From Podarcis vaucheri (lineage: Eukaryota), in NCBI GenBank assembly GCA_965113315.1, contig OZ220371.1: 64,000 nucleotides of DNA. One strand, given 5' to 3'. Below the pieces are notes generated by a model. The model was not told the origin of the DNA. It saw nothing but the letters and a program-made list of their open reading frames with translations, and did not search any database. Both the position numbers and the translations under genes were made by a program. This document shows positions 25,385 to 35,874 of this stretch, piece after piece (position 1 is the stretch's first letter; each line of letters begins with the position of its first letter).

Positions 25385-26225
25385 GATAAGTGACAAAGTA
25401 TTAAATGAGATAAATTTAGCTAACTGAAAATTTCTTCTGTAGTAGTATGTGGAATAAGACACAATTTGTTCTGCTGAATATTACAGAAATGTTGGTCCCT
25501 TGTAAAAGTTGGCTTTCCTGAGTGCACTTCTATGGTTATGTTATTGTATATTCAAATGTGTCTTAAGAACCAGGCCCTTACTGTGACCAATGCCTAGAGA
25601 GAGTAGAGAAGTGAGACATGCTGGAGTGCTCAGGCTACTGCAAGTTTTCTCTGCTCTATTTAATGTTCTGCTGATAATTAGAACCAGACCTTTAAAGAAT
25701 CAGACCTTTAAAGCAGCACTCAGTGTGATGGACCATTTTCATGTCCCTAGTCTGCAGTGTTCTTCTCTTGGCTTTTCAAAGTCCTGTCTTATCATACCTG
25801 TCAAGCTCCTTGGAGAGCAAACTGGAGAGGAATGAATCCATGAAGGATGCACTTCACAATGAAAACATCTTGAAAATTCTGAGAAAGGAAGAAAAATAAA
25901 TGTAAATGAAGGGGACCCACTCAAAAACGCATTCTGCAAATAAGGAAACTGAGTATTCTTGTACAGTCTTACTAACAGGTGGTGAGAGGAACAGTACAGG
26001 TCTGATTATTGTTGAGGCTATAAGATCACTCAGCAATGTTGTATTCTATGTTATTTTTTGGCACTGAGGCCTGGTGCAATGCAGTGATTCATGAAGGTAG
26101 GTGATGAGGCAGTTTTGCATACATCTGGTCTGGAATCTCTCGTTTAGGTATTATAATAGGTTACACAAAAAGAATGACAGTGAATACCTAAATATAATAA
26201 ATGCCATTAGATTAACCATAATTAC
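25385..26225 (-). pseudogene. Pannexin-like domain
   Basis: Hydrophobic TM1; ESLHCTRP; NQTC; FEWVPFIYIYF (ORF 25854-26036; innexin-like WVPFI); LLSKELDRY (ELDRY at 25808-25794, cf. EELDKVY); DTFEYTI; HFCNI; FQLAKFI. Confidence 0.7.
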
Positions 26226-26319
26226 TTATGAAGTTTATTAGCTCTTATGCAGAGCAAAAATGATTTTTTTGGTATGTTTTTTGTTTTTGCACGTTCAGGC
26301 TGATGACTAATCACTTTTA

Positions 26320-26630
26320 TGTTTTGTTCTCAGAACAAAGGAGGGGTGTCTGCAATCTAATTAAGGTTGGTTTGGGCTTGGCCAGATAGAATACGTTTGT
26401 ATTAGTCATTCACCCATCTTTGGAACCAACTTGGGTTTCTGAGAACCCTTGCATAGAGCAGAATAGTAATGTGAAAACTGACACACAATTCACTGTGGCG
26501 ACAGTTCCTAGGCTACTTATGCTGGAGTGTTGGCAATAAAGTGAGCAGGAAATACAGTGTGCTAGTACTCATCCCTTGATAATAAATGAACCAGATTGAT
26601 GGTAAAAGGGAACACAAACTCATAAGGGAA
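26320..26630 (-). pseudogene. C-terminal half of a pannexin-like domain
   Basis: SRDEY*HTV; YCQHSSISSLGTVATVNCVSVFTLLF (same Cys-to-Asn spacing as QCKLIAVGIFQLLSVIN); LLCSENK (cf. PANX2 MFCNENR). Confidence 0.55.
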
Positions 26631-26656
26631 TAAAGGTAAAAAGTAAAAGTAAATGT

Positions 26657-27016
26657 GGGACGCGGGTGGCGCTGTGGGTAAAACCTCAGCGCCTAGGACT
26701 TGCCGATCGCATGGTCGGCGGTTCGAATCCCCGCGGCGGGGTGCACTCCCGTCGTTCGGTCCCAGCACCTGCCAACCTAGCAGTTTGAAAGCACCTCCGG
26801 GTGCAAGTAGATAAATAGGGACCGCTTACCAGCGGGAAGGTAAACAGCGTTCCGTGTGCTGCGCTGGCTCGCCAGATGCAGCTTGTCACGCTGGCCACGT
26901 GACCCAGAAGTGTCTGCGGACAGCGCTGGCTCCCGGCCTATAGAGTGTGATGAGCGCACAACCCTAGAGTCTGGCAAGACTGGCCTGTATGGGCAGGGGT
27001 ACCTTTACCTTTACCT
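26657..27016 (+). mobile_element. Sauria SINE (distinct subfamily)
   Basis: Full head to (ACCTTT)n tail; TSD taaaagtaaatg at 26644-26655 and 27017-27028. Confidence 0.93.
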
Positions 27017-27640
27017 TAAAAGTAAATGACCCCTTGATGGTTAGGTCCAATCAAAGGAAACTATGGGGTGTGTGATGGCTGTGTTCTACTGTGCCTCTGA
27101 ATGCCAGTTGCTGGAAATCACAAGTTGGAGAGCACTGTTGCCATCAAGTCCTGCTTACTGTCTTCATTAGGTTCATCTTGGTAATGCCTGCCAATTACTG
27201 GCCCGCAATATTTTGTAAATTTGTGACATCAGGCCTCTTGCTGAGAAATAGCTACATTAAATTTCAAATCAATATTGTAATTATCAGTAAAGATTTTACT
27301 GATACCCATGTGTTCTATTTTTTTCCTTATAACTTTAAAAACGGAACCAAGTGACCTCCTTGTAGGATATCTACAAATTTGAAAACCTTCAGAACATAAA
27401 CCTCAAGGAAAAGGCTAGCAGGCATGTATCTCAGGAAACATTTCGCCTCATTTAGCCCCAATTAAGAAAAAGTAAACAGCAGGTTAGAATCAATAGCTTT
27501 GCCTTCTGCATAGACAGTATTAGGCTTTTAATGAGCAATGCAGAGGTTTTCCATCTGCCCCCAGTATTTGTTGTGGTTCTTTAATCTCATAATGTACCTG
27601 AGCTTCAGCTAAACATAGGTATCTCAGCTAAGTTGATTGA

Positions 27641-27905
27641 GGGTTTAGCCACACTTACTTTTCATCCTCACTTTCTAGGCGCAGTCCACAATTTAAAGCT
27701 CTGTCCGAGCACCCCCTTTTCAGTTCCAGAATTTTCCCTGTGAAAACCCACTCTTTAAAGCTCACTTGGAGCAAACATCAAGTTGTGGATAACCCAAAGC
27801 GACTTTGGTTCCGATTCAGCTTTAAAGAGTGGGTTTTCGTGGAGTGTTAGAAGTGTGGACCTCTGCCTGGAAAGAGCAGGGCAAAAGGTAAGTGTGGATA
27901 AGTCA
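27641..27905. mobile_element. Palindromic MITE (possibly Harbinger-like)
   Basis: ccacacttactttt/aaaaggtaagtgtgg ends; inner arms aaaacccactctttaaagct/agctttaaagagtgggtttt. Confidence 0.65.
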
Positions 27906-27973
27906 TGAGATGAAGAATTTGCTTCCTATACATAACTACTTTAATGTACACATGTATCAGGTAGAAACAATGA

Positions 27974-28108
27974 CCCAGTTCACACAGAACAGGCCAAACC
28001 GAACATGTATGTTCCTGTGTAAGACATCATAGCCACTTTGCTCTTCCTCCAGTCCTCCTACTGTGAGCAAAGCTATGGGTTGGTTTAAGCATGTTGTTCA
28101 AAGTTGGG
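27974..28108. mobile_element. Short old MITE
   Basis: cccagttcacaca / tgttcaaagttggg ends; removing it restores a pannexin QIHCF motif. Confidence 0.5.
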
Positions 28109-28479
28109 ATCTGACACTTGGTCACTGTAGATAAACCATAGACAAACTTCTCCAAAAGTGTCTCACTGTCTAACAAATCTAAGCCCTCTTTCCCAGTGGC
28201 TCCATGTCATGCATTGAGACCCTGAAGTTCGGCCTCTCTAGCTAGCATTACATGTGGAACAAGTAGAATTTCTAAAAATGCTTCCTTGCAGATTCTAGAC
28301 TTCAGCATTTTAGATAGCAACATAAATTTGGCTTGCACAACTCAGTATTGTATTTTTCAATATTAGTTGGACTTCCTGTGTACCATACCATAGACTCCTT
28401 TCCTTTATCAGCCTCCCTAGCTGGGTCATATATCTGTTTTCCTGATACTATTAATGGCAATTCTGTCTTTGTTCCTTAA

Positions 28480-29170
28480 ATTATGTCTTTGTTGCTGAAA
28501 TTCTCTGACCTCATAACTAAGTTACTACTGCTGCCAGTAAAATTAATTATCATAAGATTTTTTTCCCCCTCATTCACACTGATCAAGACTGTAAAATGTG
28601 CAATGTAAATTAGGGCACCAGTGAGTTCATGTCCCAAGAAACTAATTTAAAAATCCCCTCTGGATTTATTGTGAATTTCAAAATAGTCTCTTTTGATGCA
28701 GTGCTAGAGGTTCTAGGAGAATTATAGCCAAAGTAACTACTGTTTGGAAAATACAAGCAACATGGTTCCAAAATTAGGCAAATGTTTAATACAAAAGCAT
28801 TGTTTGCTTCATATGTGAAGCTCAAATATCTTTTGAGCGTTTCTTGAAATATATATAATCAAACATGGTTGCTAAAGTGAGAGAAGCTTTTGTAATTTGA
28901 ATGACTCTTCTGACCTGCTTGACATTTGCATTACAAACCAATATAAGCAACAACAGTAACAAAAACAAATAAAAATGTTAAGCTGTATGTAAGGAAATGA
29001 CCTTTAGGCTTTGTCAAAACATTATATTGAATGTGTTATATTAGATGAAAGTGGAAACTATAGTTAATTGGAAATTTACTCATTTACTCACAGCCTGTGG
29101 CAAAAGGAGAAGGGAAGGGATTGCACACACAGGCAAAAGTTTTGTTCATACTTCTTTTTGTAGGCCAGGT
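28480..29170 (-). pseudogene. Pannexin-like domain, best-preserved repeat
   Basis: GLQKEV*TKLLPVCAIPSLLL; *CFDK; HFLTYSLTFLFVF; RRVIQITKA; FKKRSK/YLSFTYEANNAFVL; EGIFKLVSWDMN (GIFKLVS at 28657-28637, in ORF 28610-28825); NLVMRSENFS. Confidence 0.8.
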
Positions 29171-29259
29171 TTTGTTCATCTGATCACAACCTCTATGACA
29201 GAATTGGCCTTTGTTTCCTCCCTCTAATCTGGTAAATCAGTTTAAGTTTTGAATACAAT

Positions 29260-29805
29260 TATAGGCTTATCAGGCAAAACTTATAATATTGTGTTTTAGA
29301 TTCTGATGGTCAGTAATGCAGCAATTTTATTAATGGCCCACAAACATGTTTTTAAAATTGATTCTTTTCTAGAAGTGTGTGAACATTTAAAAATATGGAA
29401 AATTTAAAAATACATATAGGTAGACAAATTATGAATATTAATTCCAATATACTTCATTTGGTTGTGTAGATTTTTTTCTTTTCTTGTGCTTTATTTGGTT
29501 GAAAGACAAGAGATACTTTACTTTAAGGAAAACAAAACAAAAGGTCGAAAACCTGAATAAGAAATGGAAAAAACAGCCTATCTGTAATAGAGCTATGAAA
29601 GCCATCCCTGAATGAGGTGAGATGAAAGCATCCATGAAAATAGCCATAAAACAGTACTTTCATACATCATATTGAAATTATTTCAGTACTGTGCTTTATT
29701 AGATTAAAATCAAAGACCTGTTTGCATGTTTTAGAAAGTGTATGCTGCCCTCCACCATATACAAAGCAAGCCATGTTTGCATAAGTTTAATAAGTGCACT
29801 TTCTG
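29260..29805 (-). pseudogene. Pannexin-like domain
   Basis: ESALIKLM, KYCFMA, HSGMAFIALLQ...FLFRFS (ORF 29438-29647), KKRKKST, MKYI...STYMYF*IFHIFKCS (cf. PANX3 ATYLYLGHFHL...FSCS). Confidence 0.7.
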
Positions 29806-30179
29806 CTAAAAAAATAAGGTGGAAGATAGTCTGTATATCCTGCATGTGGATCTTTGTAAATGAACGAATATGTGAGGAGAGGAGATAGTTGCTTTGCTTC
29901 TCCTCTGGATCTGCTACAGTAAATCAAACCATTGTTTTACTTACCGTGTAGTCCAGACTCAGGCTGGTGGTTTGTCATTTTGCTCACTCATATTAACAGG
30001 TGCTTAGGTAAGTGATCTACCTCCACGAGCTGTGTAACGTAGAGGGAATTTGACCAATATCATGATCAGAAAAACAAAACCTGAGATTTTCTTTTTAATA
30101 GAACTAAACAGTGCACATTTACTACCCCAACATTAAATAACTTCTAATGTTCCATTGCTCATGAGAATGGGCAGCTCGC

Positions 30180-30810
30180 TTAGCCAGTTATGTCAGCTAG
30201 GTAGCATAAGAACTGCCTGTTGAGAAATAAATGTGTTCACTTTATGTTGCACTGCAAATTTGTTTTTAGTAATACAAAACTAAATTTAGAAATACATATA
30301 CTTAGATTAGGGCTGTAAATCTGAACCTCCTGAAGGTGATCTGCAGAATAAATAGAAATGAAGAGAATCCAAATAAAGAGAAATGCCAGGGCTAGCATTC
30401 CAAATAGGCAGCCAAGAAATATATGTCTCTGCCCTCTATTAAAGATAAAAGGATTTTGCAGTTAGGGTTTTGGAAACTTTGCTTGTGTAAGTTGCCTCAA
30501 GAACATCTAGCAAAAATGCCTTAGCAAAAGAGCTAAGGAGTTAACAGTAAATCATAATCCCCTTTACAAGTGCATATTCCATTGTAATGGAATGGATGGC
30601 AAGGTTTGATATACTATTTTCCCAAGTATTATAACTAGGTGCTGTATATTTAATTAGAAACTGATCTAGAGCAGCTTTCACATAACAAGGTACTACAGGT
30701 GAAAAAGTACTCATAACTGCACTGAGAGACAAATGCCAATGAATATGGCTAGTAGGGCTATGGTGCATGGAGCCCATTGGCCTACATCTGGTGCATCTAT
30801 GATCCACTGA
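30180..30810 (-). pseudogene. Pannexin-like domain, all four TMs traceable
   Basis: TM1 TIALLAIFIGICLSV. ORF 30541-30912 gives PVVPCY...KY...SYNTW and IH...YALVKGIMIY. Then FLLDVLEATY (cf. PANX2 FLLQEIDNCY), AKSFYL/RHIFLGCLFGMLALAFLFIWILF, and LQCNIK. Confidence 0.7.
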
Positions 30811-30879
30811 ACCTATAGCATAATCCATGTGGGTTACTTGGTTTGTCAGTGTGCAGTATCTCTGCATTTGCTTTTTATG

Positions 30880-31350
30880 GAGGAGTTGTCCCCACAATGA
30901 GAATTCGTGCATCTACAGTTTTCCACATGTCCAAGGCCTGCTGTCAGTTACCTAGACAGGAACCCCACACTTTGGAGGGTTTGGCTCCAAGTGTTCCGTG
31001 TGTACGTGAAAATCACGTACTGTATAATCCAATCCTAGGAGCTGTCCTGTTGGCTAGCAGCTGTGTGAGAGAGAGCCCCCTCCCCAGCACTCCCAGAGTT
31101 GGTGTACCAAGCTGGCCTTGCCCAGCAAGCAAGGCAAAGAGCTTAAAAGCAGACACAGTAGGGGAAGAAAGGTTTTCAGCTGCCCACATTTCTTGGCACT
31201 TGACTTGTGCAATTTCAGCTAGCCATGTGAGGTTGAAATTGAGCAAGTCAAATTCACATATGATGCAGGATTACTGTATAAAAAGGTTACTCACACCAAT
31301 ATATACACAAATTCTCTACCAAAGCTGAGAACAAGAAAACAAAATATATA
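30880..31350 (-). pseudogene. Pannexin-like domain remnant
   Basis: FLVLSFGREF (cf. LISLAFAQEF), ASYVNLTC (cf. AAYVDSSC), KTFLPLLCLLL and QLWEC lie in one frame with a few stops. Confidence 0.65.
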
Positions 31351-31379
31351 CTTGTATTCTTATAAGGTTTTAGGAAGCT

Positions 31380-31811
31380 TTAATAAATTTATGCATGTTT
31401 GATACTTCACACTTTAGCCTTTGTTCAGAGCTGTTTCTGTAAAGAGAAGAATATTGTCAGTGACTATTCATTCTCATTTCCCACTTTTTTGGAGCTGTTT
31501 TTCTATCCCCTTGTCTTGAATTTTTATGATGAGTTTATCTAAGCAGCTATATTCCAGAAAATGCTCTAAAGCACTAGTTTTAAGTCACTAATATTGCGTG
31601 TTGTATTTGAACTGTGTTCCTAATGGCTGAAAAACACTTCAAGAGTTCCCCTTCACCATTTGGAAGACTCTCTCTGATTGCCTGTGGAAAGCCCAAGGGC
31701 AATTATGAGTTATGGTCAGCAGCTGTGTATGCCTAGGTGCTTAGCAGGGCTGGCCTTAATCAACCTTAGACGATGAACTTCCTTGTATTCAGCTGCAAAG
31801 TAGTGCTCCAT
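31380..31811 (-). pseudogene. Pannexin-like domain, first recognisable repeat (N-terminus to start of TM3)
   Basis: MEHYFAAEY (cf. PANX3 TAAEY), HRLRL, ELLKCFSA, IFWNIAA (cf. LFWRFAA), IQDK, VKYQTCINLL (cf. IKYISCRLL); several frame changes. Confidence 0.65.
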
Positions 31812-34708
31812 CTCACCAGTACAAAATGGGAGTTTGCCTACATTTGGAGGTTCATAGTGAGCAAGATCCTCTTTTTCTGTACAGGAAGTATATACTTCTT
31901 CCTTTTAATGGGGAAGGGTTGCTTGTTCAGTACAGAGTTAGGTTGTATTGGAGAAAATATAGGAGGCATGTACACATGCTTGCCTGTGTGTTTTGTCCTT
32001 ACATCAGTAACTGTAATGGTGGAGTCAAGATTTCTGTTGGGTGTTAGTGTCTGCAATTCCGAGGTGGAGTGCATAGAAGGATTCTCAGAAGACCAGGGTT
32101 AGTAATATTTCTTTCTTTATTAGTGCATAATGTTTGTTTCTGAGAAATGTTCCCTTTTTGTGCAAGTGTCCTTTCACCAGTTTCCATCACTAAGCCCCCC
32201 AATGTTTTCTAAGTTCTGTAGACACAATTATGAATGAAAGAACCCTCTGCCATTTACCTAATGCATTATGTGTATATTTCGTTTTATATCTTACTTGTGG
32301 TACACTGATTGACTGCATGGTTAGGACTGTGTAAAAGTTGAGGAGACTACAGATTGAGCTGGTGTAATGTTACATCGCCAGAGATAAGACTGACCTGGAA
32401 TTCAGCATAGGATTCTGACTATGTCTAGTTCCTCACCTGCCATACTGGATTGCCGCTTAATTTTTTTACCCTTGGGCTTGTACAATTGTACTGGTATAAT
32501 GGTTGTGCTGGCATAATATAATTCTGGTGCTGCATCAGCATAAATCTCCAGTGGACGTGCATTGTATCATATCTGCACCAACTCAGGGATAGCATTGCAC
32601 TTAAACCCCACACACATCCAAAAAATGGTTGTTTCTTTATCTTTCTTTCTTTTTAATAGTGTACTTGATGTGATTTGGGAGGATTTAATGGCTAAACCTT
32701 CAGCTCAGAATGAAAGTGAAATGGCTCTACTATAGCTTTGAATATTGAAAGTTTTTTTTCTGATAGATTAAAATAGGCCTCCATTAGAGGGAGTTATACA
32801 TTCATCATTAAATGTATCTGAAAGGTTTTCAAAACATCATAGGTGCTGTAGATTATCTCTTGGCAGCTGCAGAGCATTTCTATAATAAATTCTACTCCAT
32901 TCTGTCCCATAATACTCAGGGTAGATTTGAAATGCTCCCTCCACCCCTCGGTTACAAGTACCATGCTCACATTTCTGCTCTAAACATTGAGAAAGTGGAA
33001 AATGATTAAAAGGTGTTGCATTATATTGCATTTCTGTATGCTATTAGTGAGATTTAGAGAAGGAAGCAATATTTTAGCCATCTTCCTCCTCCCTCCTTTC
33101 TTTGATTTGGCCATGTTACTTCTAGTCTGGTTATTTTAGGAAATGGCTACTTTGCTTATATTCCCCAAATAAGATTAATAGCTGCAAGTGCAATGTAATA
33201 TCAGTGGGAGCTGATCATGGCCGTACCCATTCCCAAAAAGTACTCACATAAAGTTTAGAAGAGCAGACACACAGTACACCAGAATTATTTTGACACCCTG
33301 TCAGAAGCTCAAATCCCTCAAACTTATTTTTTCATGGTACACACTTCTGAATTAAGGCAAACGTAAGGTGAGCAATTCACAGGAGTAATTCAATTATAGC
33401 CAGCAGTGTAACCTGCCTGATGTCGGTGGCTATTATCCTAGGCAAGCTTAAATGCATTGCATTTCCAATCCTCTGGTTCCATTGTGACATTGCTTTCTGT
33501 TAGTTGCCTTGGCTGCTAGTGCTAAAGAGGAAAGTCTCCTACTTGAAAATATAGTATAAAACTAGCCTGAAGGAGCAGGTCTCTATGTGCATTAATATGC
33601 AATAAAACACTTCAAGGTATGTTGTAAATGCACTGGTAGGTGCATTATAGCACTCAGGCTTGTGCCTAACAGCCTGCCTAAAAACACATCTATCACTAGG
33701 CTGAAAACATACCCATTGAATGTTAGTTTAATGTAGATGGTTCTGGTTGTGCAAGAAGTAGTAGCTGTGAAATATGGAATACATTTCCTTGAGTTACAAA
33801 ACTCTTTTCCCTAGAAGTGGAAATAAATTACACATTTCACAGCAATTCATGTTACAGTTCTCTCTTCCTCTCTCTCTTTATAAATACAAACCAAGAGCAT
33901 TTATTTATATATATTTTACTTTTTTAGCATATTAAAATTGTAAAATTGAAATTGTGACAAAGGCGGACAGAAATGGGTGATCACATTGTGGCAACTGAAT
34001 TGATCATTGAAATTGATAGGTCATCAAGCATTTTAGGATTTTAAGAGGCGGATGTCATATGACATAACTAGGGCTGCAAATACTTTTGATGCCTCCGGAA
34101 GTGAAAGGCATCAAAGTGTTTCTAAGGTTGCAGGCATCAAGGGATTTGGAGGGAAGAGTGCCAGGAAGGTGTATTTGTGGTTCATCGTGGAGGAGGGAGA
34201 CAAGAGGGAAGCGGGAGATGGCCCATAAATGATGGAGGCTTTTAGGATATTGAGTAGGAAGTGAATAAATTGCTTTGGAGTTTTTGAAGCATGGCAGGCA
34301 GAAGAGTTGAGAGCAATGGTGAGATAGTAGTTATATCAGAAGAAAGGTGAGTATGTTGCATTTCAATGGGGAGAAAAGTTAAAGCATTTCAGAATGGTGT
34401 GAAATAGGGAATCTAGAAATCTGTTTTTGGCCTTAACAAATAGGCTTCTTAAATTAGAAGAGAGTGCAGGAAAAACTGAAACTGGTAGGTTACTGGAGTG
34501 ATCACAAAGCTCTATAGTGGTAGGACAGAAAGTAAGTGTGCACAGTTCAAATAACTGGAAACTTACAACCAAAATTATTGAATCATTTCCCAACTATCTT
34601 CTGCATACTAGGCACGCAAATACGTAGCTTTAAAGAGCAGCAGCAGCAGCTGAACTCACAGATCCAGACCTTGGCTTCTATAATGTTCAGTGCAAATAAC
34701 TCCAATGT

Positions 34709-35031
34709 TAGGGTTGCCATATGTCCTCTTTTTCCAGGACACACCCTCTTTTTCATGGGTAGAGTCATCATAGCGATCCATAGTTAAAAGTAGAAGTTGG
34801 CAAATGTGTCCTCTTTTTTGGTCTTCAAAATACGGTAGGGCTGCCAGATGTCTGGGTTTTTCCAGACACGGCCGGGAATCACTCAGAAAAATCGGGGGGA
34901 ATTTTTGCCGAATTGATAAAATGTCTGGGAAGACCCAGATGTATGGCAAGTCGGGCTATCTTTATTTTTAAAATCTTTTAAAAAATCAAAAGAAAGTCCC
35001 AAGACAGACAAACACCTATATGGCAACCCTA
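34709..35031. mobile_element. hAT-type MITE (possibly two nested)
   Basis: TAGGGTTGCCATAT / ATATGGCAACCCTA TIRs; inner TAGGGCTGCCAGAT...GTATGGCAA. Confidence 0.7.
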
Positions 35032-35759
35032 TAAATATCAAGGTTTTACATGGTAATTAAAGGGAAATGACTATTGTATAATAGCTTTGAAAAGCACGTC
35101 AACATACAAAATCTATTCAAGCATTTCTAATAGCAAGAGATGTTTGAAATACCTACTGCATTAGAGAGAACAGAGTGGATTTTTCCTTTCTCTGAGAACT
35201 TGTACACTTTTACAGATAGGGCTGCTTTGTTGGTGGTCTTTACCAATTCTTGTTGGTTAAGTATAATGTTGTTTCTTCAGGAAAGCCAATTTTCTGTGCC
35301 AGACCACTATACAAAACCATATATTATTATTTCAGGATGTCTGCAAATACCTTACTGTGGGTGGGATTTCTTACAGTTCTGTGCAGACATGTTAGGCTGC
35401 CTCTTCTATTTTTTATTTTATTTTCCATTTTCAGATAAATCCCTTGTTGCTACATAAGCATCAATTTCTAATTAAAAAATATGCTACTTAAACAGAAGGT
35501 ACTGGCACTATAGGAATAAGAGCCAAAAACTTAAGTCCAAGCCTCCAGGTCACTTGGAGGCTGTTGTATTATGGAGATTAGACAGTATGGAAGCACTGCT
35601 GGCTGTAGCTGTGTAGGCAACTGGTTCCCTGCCAGATAAAAGCCAATGTGCAGCAGCTGCTAGCAGACGAAAATGTGAGGAAATGGCAGGTTATGAAAGA
35701 GAGAGCAAGTGGACTGATGGGATTCCAGTGGAAGAATTGTAAAAGGTCCCCCCCCATAC

Positions 35760-35830
35760 TGCCCTGAGCCCGGCCTTGGCTGGGGAGGGCGGGGTATAAA
35801 TAAAAATTTATTATTATTATTACTACTACT
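35760..35830 (+). mobile_element. L2-type 3' end
   Basis: gccctgagcccggc...ggcggggtataaataaa + (TTA)n; same family as 38090-38260. Confidence 0.65.
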
Positions 35831-35874
35831 ATATGTAGAAGTCAGAAAATGCATTTGGACTACTGCTGAAATTT

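Larger units (their letters stand above)
27200..28170 (-). pseudogene. Pannexin-like domain interrupted by two MITEs
   Basis: GLDLLDSETLLEKFV; QI|HCF restored by removing 27974-28108; KLLILTCCLLFL; EAKCFLR; VLKVFKFVDIL. Confidence 0.6.
500..32215 (-). pseudogene. Decayed tandem array of pannexin/innexin-like 4-TM domains (probable giant concatenated pannexin-like pseudogene); probably continues past the window start
   Basis: Minus-strand translations repeatedly give pannexin motifs in the correct order. TM1 entry: GLQKEV, ETLLEKFV, EKAPEK, PF*DKVLAIASLL (vs GLRLELAVDK / PFDRVVTIGTVL). EL1 Cys pair: LKCFS, TISC...VDK*CL, ASYVNLTC, KYCF (vs ISCFS...VDSYCW). TM2: HKFL, FLTYSL, EWVPFI, PHKSKLPY (vs HKFFPY/HKALPY). 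Loop: ELDRY, FLLDVLEATY. TM3: KYQTCINLL, LSFTYEANNAFVL, TYMYF*IFH. EL2: EMSCNI, YSCFIK, FQMCKV. TM4: GIFKLVS (vs GIFQLLS). Many stops, frameshifts and TE insertions. Confidence 0.8.

Noticed and set aside
27880-27895. Perfect donor AAG|gtaagt
   Set aside because: Part of a MITE terminal repeat.
21400-31811. Idea that the array has exactly 7 or 14 domains matching a heptamer
   Set aside because: More domains appeared on further reading; the count is incomplete and many units are partial.
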